Source: Mobula hypostoma
Lineage: Eukaryota
NCBI RefSeq assembly: GCF_963921235.1
Contig: NC_086109.1
Span: 16,804,001 to 16,868,000, forward strand
DNA length: 64,000 nucleotides
Direction: 5' to 3'
Positions 12,344 through 26,015 of the stretch are shown in pieces. The notes under the pieces were generated by a model. It made no database searches. It was given only the letters and a program-made list of their open reading frames with translations, and had not been told where the DNA came from. The position numbers were made by a program, and so were the translations under genes. The stretch's first letter is position 1. Each line of letters starts with the position of its first letter.

Positions 12344-14985
12344 GAACCATAGAAACCATAGAAACCATAGAAACTACAGCACAGAAACAGGCCCTTTGGC
12401 CCTTCTTGGCTGTGCCGAACCATTTTCTGCCTAGTCCCACTGACCTGCATACGGACCATATACCTCCATACACCTCCCATCCATGTATCTGTCCAATTTA
12501 TTCTTAAATGTTACAAAAGAACCCGCATTTACCACCTTGTCTGGCAGCTCATTCCATACTCCCACCACTCTCTGTGTGAAGAAGCCCCCCCAATGTTCCC
12601 TTTAAACTTTTCCCCCCTCACCCTTAACCCATGTCCTCTGGTTTTTTTCTCCCCTTGCCTCAGTGGAAAAAGCCTGCTTGCATTCACTCTATCTATACCC
12701 ATCATAATTTTATATATCTCTATCAAATCTCCCCTCATTCTTCAACGTTCCAGGGAACAAAGTCCTAACCTATTCAACCTTTCCCTGTAACTGAGTTTCT
12801 CAAGTCCCGGCAACATCCTTGTAAACCTTCTCTGCACTCTTTCAACCTTATTAATATCCTTCCTGTAATTTGGTGACCAAAACTGAACACAATACTCCAG
12901 ATTCGGCCTCACCAATGCCTTATACAACCTCATCATAACATTCCAGCTCCTATACCCAATACTATGATTAATAAAGGCCAATGTACCAAAAGCTCTCTTT
13001 ACGACCCTATCTACCTGTGACGACACTTTTAGGGAATTTTGTATCTGTATTCCCAGATCCCTCTGTTCCACTGCACTCCTCAGTGCCTTACCATTAACCC
13101 TGTATGTTCTACGTTGGTTTGTCCTTCCAACGTGCAATACCTCACACTTGTCAGTATTAAACTCCATCTCCCATTTTTCAGCCCATTTTTCCAGCTGGTC
13201 CAAGTCCCTCTGCAGGCTCTGAAAACCTTCCTCACTGTCTACTACACCTCCAATCTTTGTATCATCAACAAACTTGCTGATCCAATTTTCCACATTATCA
13301 TCCAGATCATTGATATAGATGACAAATAACAATGGACCCAGCACTGATCCCTGTGGCACACCACTAGTCACAGGCCTCCACTCAGAGAAGCAATTTTCTA
13401 CCACCACTCTCTGGCTTCTTCCATCGAGCCAATGTCCAATCCAATTTACCACCTCTCCATGTATACCTAGCGACTGAATTTTCCTAACTAACCTCCCATG
13501 CGGGACCTTGTCAAAGGCCTTACTGAAGTCCATGTAGACAATATCCACTGCCTTCCCTTCATCCACTTTCCTGGTAACCTCCTCGAAAAACTCCAACAGA
13601 TTGGTCAAACATGACCTACCACACACAAAGCCATGTTGACTCTCCCTAATAAGCCCCTGTCTATCCAAATGCTTGTAGATTCTGTCTCTTAGTACTCCCT
13701 CCAATAACTTACCTACTACTGACGTTAAACTCACCGGCCTATAATTTCCCGGATTACTTTTCGATCCTTTTTTAAACGACGGAACAACATGAGCCACTCT
13801 GCAATCCTCCGGCACTTCACCCATAGACAGCGATGTTTTAAATATTTCTGCCAGGGCCCCCGCAATTTCAACACTAGTCTCCTTCAAGGTCCGAGGGAAC
13901 ACCCTGTCAGGTCCCGGGGATTTATCCACTTTAATTTTCCTCAAGACAGCAAGCACCTCCTCCTTTTCAATCTGTACAGTTGCCATGGTCTCACTACTTG
14001 ATTCCCTCAATTCCATAGATTTCATGCCAGCTTCCTTAGTAAATACAGACGCAAAAAACCTATTTAAGATCTCCCCCATTTCCTTTGGTTCCGCACAAAG
14101 CCGACCACTCTGATCTTCAAGAGGACCAATTTTATCCCTTACAATCCTTTTGCTCTTAATATACCTGTAAATGCTCTTTGGATTATCCTTCATTTTGACT
14201 GCCAAGGCAACCTCATGTCTTCTTTTAGCCCTCCTGATTACTTTCTTAAGTATTTTCTTGCACTTCTTATACTCCTCAAGCACCTGATTTACCCCCTGTT
14301 TCTTATACATTTCATACAACTCCCTCTTCTTCTTTATCAGAGTTGCAATATCCGTTGAGAACCAAGGTTCCTTATTCCTATTCAATTTGCCTTTAATCCT
14401 GATAGGAACATACAAACTCTGCACTCTCAAAATTTCCCCTTTGAAGGCTTCCCACCTACCAATCACATCTTTGCCAGAGAACAACCTGTCCCAATCCACA
14501 CTTTTTAGAACCTTTCTCATTTCTTCAAATTTGGCCTTCTTCCAGTTCAGAACCTCAACCCTAGGACCAGATCTATCCTTGTCCATGATCAAATTGAAAC
14601 TAATGGCGTTATGATCACTGGAACCAAAGTGCTCCCCTACACAGACTTCCGTCACTTGCCCTAATTCGTTTCCTAACAGGAGATCCAATATTGCATCCCC
14701 TCTAGTTGGTCCCTCTATATACTGATTTAGAAAACTTTCCTGAACACATTTTACAAACTCTAAACCATCTAGACCCCTAACAGTATGGGAGTCCCAATCA
14801 ATGTATGGAAAATTAAAATCCCCTACCACCACAACTTTATGTTTCCTGCAGTTGTCTGCTATCTCTCTGCAGATTTGCTCTTCCAAGTCTCGTTGACTAT
14901 TGGGTGGTCTGTAATACAATCCCACTAATGTGGCCATACCTTTCCTGTTTCTCAGCTCCACCCATAAGGACTCAGTAGACAAGCT
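12344..14985 (-). mobile_element. CR1-clade LINE ORF2 (endonuclease C-part + RT), 5'-truncated, young copy
   Basis: ORF 12742-15036 has GDFNFP, SDHN, GVPQGSVLGPLLF, KFVDDTK and ERVQRRFT. Premature stop near the C-terminus, and a (CTATGGTTT)n tail at 12344-12372. Confidence 0.95.
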
Positions 14986-14989
14986 TTGA

Positions 14990-15420
14990 TATGTCCACCA
15001 CAAAAGTCGGGATTTCCAAGTGGCCAGCCATTTCAACTCAAGTTCCCATTCTCATCTCAATCCACGGCCTCCTCTATTGCCATGATGAAGCCACGCTCAG
15101 GTTGAAGGAGTGATACCTTATATTCCAGCTAGGTAGCCTGCAACCTGATGACATGAACATCGATTTCTCTAACATCCAGTAATTTCTCCCCGTTTCCCCT
15201 TCACTCTTTTCCATTCCTTATTCTGGTTCCCCACTCACCCCTTCTCTTCTCCTCACCTGCCCATCACTTCCCTCTGATTTCCCTCCTTCTTCCCTTTCTT
15301 CCATGCTCCACTCCGCTCTCCTATCAGATTCCTTCTTCTTCAGTCCTTTACCTCTTCCACCAATTACCTCCCAGCTTCTTACTTCATTACCCCCCCCCAC
15401 ATTCACTCACCTTCCCGTTT
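14990..15420 (+). mobile_element. Degenerate PLE GIY-YIG/3' UTR fragment
   Basis: Similar to 4480-4800 (GATGAAGCCACGCTCAGGTTG, GGTAGCCTGCAACCTGATG). Confidence 0.75.
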
Positions 15421-15852
15421 GTTGTTCTCCTCTCACAGAGAGTTATAGAGCGATGGGTTTTAGAAACAGGCCCTGTGCCCAACATATCTTCTTTACCTTT
15501 TGTAGTTTGATTGTGCTGCGTCGGATCCAAAATAACAATTATTTTGTTCTCCTTTACAATTGTGTACTGGAAGTGGCATTAAATCTTGAGATACAACAAC
15601 AATATTTAAAAGACACTGGGACGAGTACATGGATAGAGAAGGTTTAGAGGATATGAACCAAAATGTGGGCAAATGTTACAATCTCCTTTCAAGGACTCTA
15701 CAGCACATATTCTCAATGTTATTTGTTTGTTTGTTTGGATTTTTTTTTGTAATTGCACAGTTTGCCTTCTTATGTGCATCGGTTGCATGTGTGCAGTTTT
15801 TCATTGATTCTATTGTGCTTCTTTGTATCTACTGCAAATGCAGACAAGAAAA

Positions 15853-16145
15853 CGGGCGCCACAATAGTGTAGCAGTTAGCACGGCACTATTACAGCTCAG
15901 GGCATTCCAGAGTTTGGAGTTCGATTCCGGTGCTGTTCTGTAAGGAGTCTCTGTACACCTTCCTCGTGGAATGTGTGGGTATTTTTCCGGTTTCCTCCCA
16001 CAGTCCAAAAATGTAACTGGTCTGTTAATTGGTCATTGTAAGTTGACCCATGATTAGGTTAGGGTTAATTGGGTTTGTTGGGGGTTGCTGGGGAGGCGTG
16101 GTTCGAAGGGTCAGGAGGGCCTATTCTGTGCTGCATCGCTAAAGG
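15853..16145 (+). mobile_element. tRNA-derived V-SINE-like SINE
   Basis: A-box/B-box-like head (GGAGTTCGATTCC), core GGTTTCCTCCCACAGTCCAAA, and a CR1-like tail. Confidence 0.75.
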
Positions 16146-17889
16146 AAACGAATCTGTGGGTAGTATACGGTGACATATGTGTACTTTGATAATAAAGTTA
16201 CATTGAACTTTGAAATGGGCCTAGCTTCGAAATGATAACTAGCACAGTCTAACCTAGGTTGACTCATTTTATGCACATTTGTACACAAATGACAGAATGT
16301 AATGGATCCAACTTCCAGTTCTCTTATTGTGTTTTCCCTTTAAGAACACAGCGTGTATTTTTTAAGACAGTGTATGCGTCCGACTCTGTCAATTATGTCA
16401 GCGTAGCAACAAAGAAAGCTACTACTGGGTGTCAGGTGCTCAGCAGCAAGTTGTATAATTAATTACCAAAAATAGGAAGTAAAATATGTTAAAATTGCAA
16501 ACATAAGGGAGAGTTCCCTTTTACCTTAAAGAATGCCCTAGGATCTTTAGTTTAATGCCACATCAGGAGAAGGCACCATCTCAGGGTTCCATTGGGGTCA
16601 GCGTGGTTAAACTCCTGAAATAAGGGACTGATCCAATTTACATTATGTACCTCAGCTGGCTCAGTAATCAGAGGAGGATTAGAATGCCATTTTAAACAAA
16701 GGTCCTGCTCCAAAGCATCTGTAATCTCTATCTTTAGCTTTAGGATCTGACTTTTAACGATCCGTTCAATCTATTACCATTCAATGAATTTGTACAGTTG
16801 TTTTGACACTAAACATCCTGCATAATCTTCCCAGTTAAGGAATCTTTGCCTTATTTATGGAAGTACACACCTCAATTGATCTGTTAATAATAGCATTTAA
16901 CCTTTATTAAATCAAGGTTGTTTCTTCTGAATGCACAAGGCTTGAACTACGTTGGAAAATGCTAGGTTGAAGACGAAGAGTGTCTTCACTCCTTGACATA
17001 TTACAAGCCTTTGAAAGTCTCCAGTCCAATCAAGCAGCTAGAAATTCAGAATTATTAGGTCTTAGCACCTCTCTACACTGCACCTACCAACCCATTCCCA
17101 TCCCACCTCACTGACATATGTCATGAAATTTTGTGGCAGCAGTACACTGCCAGGCTAAAATTACTGCAAGTTACAAAAAAAAACACTGCAAAAGAGAATC
17201 CGTGAGATAGTGTTCAGCCACCATTCAGGAATATAATGGCAGAGGGAAGAAGCTATTCCTAAAACATTGAGTGTTTTTATAATGATCTTCAGGCTACTGT
17301 AACTCTTCTTTGATGGCAGTAATCAGAAGAAGAGATGTCTCAGATAGTGAAGATCCTTAATGATGGATGCTGCTTTTTTGAGGCATCATCTTTTGAAGAT
17401 GTCCTTGATGGTTGTGAGGGTTGTGACCTTGATGGAGATGGCTGAGTCTGTGGCCTTCCACAGCCTCTTGTGATCCCGCAAATTGGCACCTCCACACCAG
17501 GCAATGATGCATCCAGCCAAGACGCTCTCCACCATACATCTGTAGAAATCTGAGTCTTTGGTCACATACCAAACTTCTTCAAGCTCCTCATGAAGTATAG
17601 CTGTTGGCGTGCCTTCTTTCGAATTATGTTAATATCAAATAAAGGATAATCAGCCTCACTCTAACAAAGTTCATCAAAATCTACATCCTGCTTTCCCAAG
17701 CCGGAGATCATTTGTCCCATTGAAGAGGCTACATCTCTCTACTACCCACTGGTGTTTAGGGCAGCAATAAAGTCCTCCATCTCTGACAGTGTTAGGGGTT
17801 CCTTCATCATCTCAGTAGCTCGGTTTTCACTACTGTCAGCCATTCAAGTTCCAGGAGGAGACTCAGGAATATTATCACACACAGATTTA

Positions 17890-18172
17890 TATAAACCGTA
17901 TAACCATATAAACCATACAACAATTACAGCACGGAAACAGGCCATCTCGGCCCTCCTAGTCCGTGCCGAACCCTTACTCTCACCTAGTCCCACCGACCTG
18001 CACTCAGCCCATAAACCTCTGTCCCTCTCCTGTCCATATATCTATCCAATTTAACTTTAAATGAAAACATCAAACCTGCCTCAACCACTTCTGCTGGAAG
18101 CTCACTCCACACAGCTACCACTCTCTGAGTAAAGAAGTTCCCCCTCATGTTACCCCTAAACTTTTGCCCTTT
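17890..18172 (-). mobile_element. CR1 3' end, same subfamily as 21219-21967
   Basis: Reverse complement matches ~21700-21967, including GGCACGGACTAG..GGGCCGAGATGGCCTGTTTCCGTGCTGTAATTG. Confidence 0.85.
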
Positions 18173-19326
18173 AGAAGGGCCTCTTAGAATTTAGAAGGAT
18201 CCTTCATTGCTTTTTCATAACAATTTTGTTTTACCAGTCAGGGTTGCTTGCTTTGAGCTGAACCCCTGAACCTGGGGGACCGGCAAACCACTCTTAGTCT
18301 GACCTCTACCCTTTGACCTCTTTGGCATGGGTGACCCTACCAGGAGCCAAGGCATAAAGCCCTGACTCCAGCCGATATAGGTTTCCTGGTCATTGAAGCA
18401 CACAAGCCTCCAAACCCTACAGCAACGTCACAGTCCTTTTCAAGGACACTTTGACATCAGGTCTTTGTTAAATATCGTGAGCGTGTCTGCCTCCACCATC
18501 CTCTCAGGCAGTGAGCCCCAGACCCCCTGTACTTTCGAACTATTATAAAAACTTCCAGTTCTCGTCTTATCCTACTAATTCATTTTAACTCTGGACTCCA
18601 CAATGTTTTGCTGATGGAAACGAAACACTTCAGACTGGGGGGGTCTGGACTATATACATGCATATTCTACATCATAGTAGTTTACTGATATTCTACATGT
18701 TGTCTTGTATGTGGGAGGAATGGCCTCAAGTCGCGGTATTGCCTGGGGAAGGTGCATTGGTGCAACGGGGCCAGTGTGCTCCACCGTGGGCACTGCGGCA
18801 TGGTGTCCAAGCTGGGGTCAGTGCTGCCCCCTAGTGTTCACTCAGCAGGACAGGGGCTCTATTGCAGTCGACTATGGATTGATGGCACGAGTTTTAGGAC
18901 TCTTTTTTTTGCATGATTGTGAGACCATTTGTGCTTGCTGTCTTGTGTGTGCTTTGTGTTCTGTGTGACTTTTGGTCCTGCGTTTTGCACCTTGATCCCG
19001 AAGTAACGCTGTCATGTTTGGCTGTGTTCAAGAGTTCATGCATGGTTGAGTGACAATTAAGCTTGAATTGAATTGAAATCGATTGAATTTCTGTTCATCT
19101 GCCTCAGCTTCTCATAGTCTTGCACATCTTAATTAAATCTCACCTTGTTCTAACTTCTCACAAAGATTACAACACTGAGCAGGATGGGCTATCCTCATTG
19201 CTATAATTCTCCAACATTCCTACATTCTGAGAGCCCAGTTTGCCTTTTCCAGCTTCTTCTTCAGCTCTTATTTCAATAAATATTGACCATTAACTTCGGA
19301 ATTAAATAACAGATTTCAACACATTG

Positions 19327-19915
19327 CTGAGATTTTATAAGGCATTGGTCAGACTGCATCTAGAGTATTGTGAGTAGTTTTGGACTCTAAGAAAGATGTG
19401 GTGACATTGAAGTTGGTACAGAGGAGGTTCATGAGAATCATCCTGAAAATGAAAGGGTTAACATATGAAGAGCATTTGATGGCTCTGGACCTGTACTCAC
19501 TGAGTTTAGAAGAATGAAGAAGAATCTCATTGAAGCCTACCAAATATTGAAAGACCTGGATAGAGTGGACATTGAGAGGATGTTTTCATTAGTGGGACAG
19601 TCTAGGACCAGAAGCACAGCCTCAAAATGGAACTACATCCATTTAGAACAGAGATAAGGAAGAATTTCTACGGCCAATGTGTGGTGAATTTGTGAAACTT
19701 ATTGCCACAGGCGGTAGTGGAGCACAAGTCATGGGGTATATTCAAAGCAGAGGTTGAGAGTTTCTTGATTAGTAAGGGTATCAAAGGTTATGGGAAGAAG
19801 GCAGGAGAAGAGGGTTGGATAGAGAGGGAAAGTAATTCATTCAGATCGAATGGCAGAGCAGACTCCATGGGCCAAATGACTTAATTCTGCTCCTACGCCT
19901 TACTGTCTTATGGTC
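19327..19915 (+). mobile_element. Degenerate CR1 3' fragment
   Basis: CR1 C-terminal coding remnants and a CTTATGGT tail. Confidence 0.8.
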
Positions 19916-20118
19916 TGTTCACACTACCAAATCCTACGTCATTTTAGAGACCTCCATCAGTGCACTGCATTGCCCTTCAGGGAAGAGAGCTGGAGACATT
20001 TTTAATCTCTTCTGAGGTGTATAAGCGTGCAGTGCTGGTAAGATACAAATAATTAATAGTTTTGTATCACCCAATGAACAAACCAAGATTGTAATTGTTG
20101 AGAAATTTCATGCTTGAT

Positions 20119-20394
20119 TAAGGCATCTGTTAGTCTTGCGAGACCATGGATCTGCGCCTGGAAAGTTGTATGGAGGACCGGCAGTTGCCCATGCTGCAAG
20201 TCCCCCCTCTCCATGACACCGATGTTGTCCAAGGGAAGGGCAAGGGCCAATACAGCTTGGCACCAGTGTCATTGCAGAGCCCTGTGTGGTGAAGTGCCTT
20301 GCTCAAGGACACAACACGCTGCCTCGGCTGGGGCTGGAACTCACAACCTTCGGATCACTAGTCGAATGCCTTAACCACTTGGCCACGTGCCCAC
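20119..20394 (-). mobile_element. Second tRNA-derived SINE family, full length with TSD
   Basis: Head GTGGCCAAGTGGTTAAGGC and core GTGTTGTGTCCTTGAGCAAGGCACTT. 11-bp TSD TCATGCTTGAT (20108-20118 / 20395-20405). Confidence 0.85.
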
Positions 20395-20489
20395 TCATGC
20401 TTGATACATCAGAGTAAAAAGCATTTTCCTATCTGTGGTGCAGGGCAAATTGTTTTTGTGGTTTTAGTTCACTAGGCACTCAATGCATG

Positions 20490-22075
20490 CTGCTATGATT
20501 GCAATAGAGAGGAGTTGGAAGAGCTCGAGGCCTGGTGCCAGGCAAGTAACCTCTTGCTTAATGACAACAAGGCAAAGCAGATGGTTATCGACTTCAGGAG
20601 AATTTGCTCCACTCACATCCCCCTTTACATCAGAGGCACAGCAGTCAAAACTACAAGCTGTTTCAAAATCCTGGGAGTGCACATCACACACAAACTCTCA
20701 CAGTCCCAGTACACATCCGACACAGTCTAGAAATCTCACCAATGCCTCCACTTTCTGAAGAGGCTGGAGAGAGCTAGACCTTGTACATCCACACTCATGT
20801 CATTCGAGAGGTGTGCAGTAGAGAGCATCCTTACAAGCTGCATCACTGCTTGGTGTGGAAATAGAACTGCAGAGGACACCTGGTAGTCAAAACACATCAG
20901 TGGCACCAGCCTAACCACCAGCAAGGACATATGTACAGAAAGGTGCCAGAAAAGGGCCAGTAATGTCATGAAGGATCCCATCTGTCCATGGACTGTGTGT
21001 CCCAATCCCACCAGGGAGGAGGCTAGGTCGCATCCATGCCAGGACCACCAGACTCAAACACAGTTTCTTTCCCCATGCAGTAAGTCTGATCAACACCTCC
21101 ACCCACTAACTCCTATCAGTCACCATATGTACAGCCTAGCATCACTTCATGAACACAATCAATCTATTATATAAGCTATGCTATGTATTTATATTTATTA
21201 TTATTATTATTATTTTTATTGTAAATGGTAGGGCATTGAAGAATGCAGTAGAACAGAGGGATCCAGGAATAATGGTGCATAGTTCCCTGAAGATGGAATC
21301 TCATGTGGATAGGGTGGTGAAGAAAGCTTTTAGTATGCTGGCCTTTATAAATCAGAGCATTGAGTATAGGAGTTGGGATGTAACGTTGAAATTGTACAAG
21401 GCATTGGTAAGACCAAATTTACAGTATTGTGTACAGTTCTGGTCACCGAATTATCGGAAAGATGTCAACAAAATTGAGAGAGTACAGAGAAGATTTACTA
21501 GAATGTTACCTTGGTCTCATCTCCTAAGTTACAGAGAAGGGTTGAACAAGTTGGGTCTTTATTCTTTGGAGCATAGAAGGTTGAGGGGGGACTTGATAGA
21601 GGTATTTAAAATTATGAGGGGGATAGATAGAGTTGACGTGGATAGGCTTTTTCCATTGAGAGTGGGGGAGATTCAAACAAGAGGACATGAGTTGAGAATT
21701 AAAGGGCAAAAGTTTAGGGGTAATATGAGGGGGAACTTCTTTACTCAGAGAGTGGTAGCTGCGTGGAACAAGCTCCCAGCAGAAGTGGTTGAGGCAGGTT
21801 CGATGTTGTCATTTAAAGTTAAATTGGATAGCTAGATGAACAGGAAAGGAATGGAGGGTTATGGGCTGAGTGCAGGTTGGTGGGACTAGGTGAGAGTAAG
21901 AGTTCGGCACGGACTAGAAGGGCCGAGATGGCCTGTTTCCGTGCTGTAATTGTTATATGGTTATATGTGTTCTTTATCTTTTGTTTCTTTTTGTGCTGCA
22001 TCAGATCCAGAATAACAATTATTTTGTTCTCCTTACACTTTTGTACTGGAAATGACATTAAACAAACTTGAATCT
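20490..22075 (+). mobile_element. Degenerate Rex1/Babar-like LINE 3' part, interrupted by CR1
   Basis: Peptide WCQASNLLLNDNKAKQMVIDFRR..FKILGVHI. The 3' UTR resumes after 21967. Confidence 0.75.
21219..21967 (+). mobile_element. CR1 3' fragment nested in a Rex1-like 3' UTR
   Basis: ORF 21149-21835 encodes a CR1 C-terminus. (TTATATGG)n tail, and a (TTA)n run at the 5' junction. Confidence 0.9.
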
Positions 22076-23189
22076 GTTCTTAACAAGATTCAGAAGATGC
22101 AGAAAGCTGAATCTTAGCTCATTTAGTATACGTCTAAAGGCATCTCAACAATTCTTGTAATTATCTGGTGCTGGAACACCTCGTAGCCCTCAACACGTAC
22201 TGAAATCGAAGGCAAATGAATATAAAACAGTTAATTGTCTGGTTGTTTCCATGTGTGTTGATATGATTAGTTTTATTTAGAGATTAGCTTTATTTATCAC
22301 AAGTATATCAAAACATCGGAACGTACATTGAAAAGCGTCGAATTGTGACAACAACGAACGCGGTCCAAGGATTGTGCTGGAGCAGCCTGCAAGAGTTGCC
22401 ACGCTTCCAGTAGCATGCTCACAGTTCACTAACCCTAACTCCCACAGTTTCTCTTTGGAGTGTGTGAGGAAATCCACATGGTCACAGGGAGAGTGTACAA
22501 ACTACTTATCGGGGAATCGAACCCCAATCGGTAATTGCTGTCGCTGTAAAGCAATTGCAGTAACTGCCACACTACCGTGCTACATGCTACAACACTGCCC
22601 CTTAACGTCAACTGCTTATGGATTTACTTGTCTGTCATTTTTCTGATTTCTATTATATAGTCCTCTCCTAACAATGCTTAATCTTGCAGGTTTTAGATCT
22701 ACAAGTACAACCTAATGCTGTGAGTGCTCTTGAGGAGTGAGTCTCAGCCTATCAGACTGCTGTGCAACCATTTGCTGTAAAGACTCAACATTTCTTAAAC
22801 ATTGTAAAGTGTCAACTTCAGCCATTAATCTACACAGGCTTCCAGTGAGCCAATGTGATAGTGCGAATCGAACACGTCTAAAAGACATCACTATAAACTA
22901 CAGGAGACAGACGCAATGCATAGTCATTTCTCTAAGGGACAAATGGCTTCCTTCTAAACTGAAGCTCTCTGGAGTGTTGTATAAAATGTGAGCAGAGTAG
23001 ATGTGACATAGGAATATAAGGAAAGGAAAGCGGAATCAACCTTGCAAGCCTGTTTTACTTCAGTCCATTTATCAAACATGTGTGCTGCTGGCAAGACCAG
23101 CGTCTATTTACGCATCCTTAATTGCCCTTGACGAAGTGCTGTTGGGTAAGGGGGCTCCAGTATTTAGACAGAACAGTGCTGTTAATATA

Positions 23190-23642
23190 CACACTGCAGT
23201 GACTTTATTCTGTATCTCCTGTACCTAATAAAGTAGCCACTTTAAGTATACATTCTTGGTCTTTCAGTCCAGTCATTCGCCCCCGACCTCTCTCATTAAC
23301 AAGGCATTTTCACCCACAGAACTGCTGCTCACTGCATTATTTTTGGGTTTTTCTTTTGCACTAGTCTCTAAACTCCAGAGACTGTTGTGCATGAAAATGA
23401 AAATCCCAGGAGATCAGTAGATCCTAAAATACTCAAACCACCCGGTCTGGAACCAACAATTATTCCAAGGTCAAAGTCACTTAAAATCATATTTCTTCCC
23501 CATTGTTTTATTTGGTCTGAATAGCAACTGAACCTCTTGATCATGTCTGCATGCTTATATACATTGAGTTATGATTGGCTGATTAGATATTTGCATTAAT
23601 GAGCAGGTGTACAGGTGTACCTAATAAAGTGGCAACTGAGTG
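23190..23642. mobile_element. Tc1/mariner-like MITE, same family
   Basis: Right TIR GTACCTAATAAAGTGGCAACTGAGTG-TA, with internal homology to 47237-48074. Confidence 0.75.
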
Positions 23643-26015
23643 TACATGCAAAGAATTCTGGTGTCCATCTGGGATTAGAATGTACAGTGATGTATCCTTG
23701 AAGTTAAAGTGAAGGTCTATTTTGAACAGACGATGAACTTTTCAGCCTATTTCCTCTTGGGACACTCCCAAAGGGAAATAGACCAAAAATTCATCTTCCC
23801 TTTTTCTATTCATTGACTTCTCTCCACCCAGTTCTTTCCTTCTCCAAATGAAGGAATAACTTGATTTAATGTGACAAAAAATTGGAAGGTTTGGAAACAC
23901 TCAGATAGCATCTGTGACACAAGATGTGGGGGTGGGGGAGAGATGAAAACAAAACTAGGCCAATGACGATAAACAGATGCCTTCTAGCTTCCCAGAGGAA
24001 GTCCTACTGGTAGAAGAGGTGCCACAATGCAAACTGAAGGAAAAGCGCCTCATCTTTTGATAAGCATCGTACATCCTTCCAAATCAACATTGAATTCTCC
24101 ACCTTCTGATAACTTGTTTTCTCCATCAATATCACAACTGATATTTTTGCTGCAATTCATCAATTTGTGATGTTGGCTCAACTGAGCCCGGACGAAGAGT
24201 CTCGGCCCAAAACATGACTGTTTATTCCCCTCCATAGATGCTACCTGACCTGTTGAGTTCCTTCAGCATTTTTGAGTATGTGTGTGTGTTGCTCAAGATT
24301 TCCAGCATCTGCAGAATCTCTTGGCTCATGTTGCTTTCTCTTACCATTAACATACCCTGACTGCCAGTACATCACAATTCTTTGTCACCTTTTAAGAGAT
24401 TTCATTAACAAATGTCAAAGACAGCATTAAAGCAAAGGAGAGGTCATATAATATTCCAAAAATTAGTGGGACGTTAAGGATTAGGAAGCTATTAAAAAAC
24501 AATAGAAGGCATCTAAAAACCCTATGAAGAGAGAAAAAGATGTAATATGAAGGTAAGCTAGCCAATAATCTAGAAAATGATGGAAATATATTTTTCAGAT
24601 ATATAAAAACTGAAAGAGAGGTGACAGTGGATATCGGATGGCTGGAAAATGGCAATGGAGAGGTGGTATTGGGGGGAAAAAAAATAGCAGATGAACTTAA
24701 ATATTTGTATCAGTCTTCTCCGTGGAATATACTAGCAGAATGCCAGAAATGCAAAAGTGTCAGGGGGAAGATGTGAGTGTTGTTTTTTATTGCCAAGCAG
24801 AAGGTGTTTGGGAGCCTGAAAGGTCTGAAGGTAGATAAGTCACCAGGACCAGATGGACTACACCCCAGGGTTCTGAAAGAGGTAGCTGAGGAGACTGTGG
24901 AAGTATTAGACATCCATAATCTCATCGTCTTCAGCAATGACAATGAAGTTCTATTCTATTTGTAATGATCTTTCAAGAATCACTAGGTTCTGGAATGGTT
25001 CCAGAAGATTGGAAAATTGCAGATGTCACTCCACTCTTCAAGAAGGCCAGGAGGCAGAAAAAAGGAAATTATAGATCAGTTAGCCTGACTTCAGTGGTTA
25101 GAAAGATGTTGGCGTCCATTATTAAGGATAAGGTTTCAGTGTACTTGGAGGAACGCGATAAAAATGATTAAACAGGCCAGATTCAACATGGTTTTCTAAA
25201 AGGAAAACCTTGCCTGACCAATCTGTTGGAATTCCTTAAGGAAATAACAAGCAAGATAGACAAAGGAGAATTAGTGGATGTTGTATATTAGGATTTTCAG
25301 AAGACTTTTGACAAGGTGCCACACATGAGGCTGCTGAACAAGATAATAGCAGGTGGTGTTACAGAAAAGGCAGAAAACCCTAATGCATGGATTGAAGATT
25401 GGTTGACTACAGGAGACAAAGCGGGGGAATAAACAGGATGTTTTCGGGTTGGCTGCCGGTGACCAGTGGTGAGCCTCAGGTGTCGGTGATGGGATTGCTT
25501 CTTTTCACATTATATGTCAGTGACTTGGATGAAGGAATTGATGATTTTGTGGCCAAGTTTGAAGACGATACGAAGATAGGCAGAGGGGCAGGTAGAGTCG
25601 AGGAAGCAGGGTGTGTGCAGAAGACAGATTGGGAGAATGGGCAAATGGAATATAAAATGTAGGGAAGTGCTTGTTCCTGCATTTTGGCAGAAGAATAAAG
25701 GGGCAGACTAATTTCTAAATGGGGAGAAAATTCAAAACTCCGTGATGCAAAGGGACGTAAGAATTCTTGTGCAAGATTCCCTGAAGGATAACCTGCAGGA
25801 TGAGTCAATGGTAAGAAAGGCAAATGCAATGTTCACGTTCATTTTGAGAGGACTAGAATACAAAAGCAAGAATGTGATGCTGAGGCTTCATAAGGCAATG
25901 GTCAGATTGCACCGAAAGTATTGTGAGCAGTTTTGAGCCCTTACCTAAGAAAAGATATACTGGCATTGGAGAGGATCTAGATGAGGTTCACAAGAATGAT
26001 CCCAGGAATGAAAGG

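Noticed and set aside
14986..15036. N-terminus MKWLATWKSRLLWWTYQ of the 764-aa ORF as a real start or CR1-PLE fusion protein
   Set aside because: It is antisense read-through into an adjacent degenerate PLE fragment. The CR1 is 5'-truncated and has a premature stop.
20320..20394. tRNA gene
   Set aside because: The tRNA-like head continues into a SINE core and is bounded by a TSD. The same applies to the other A/B-box hits.
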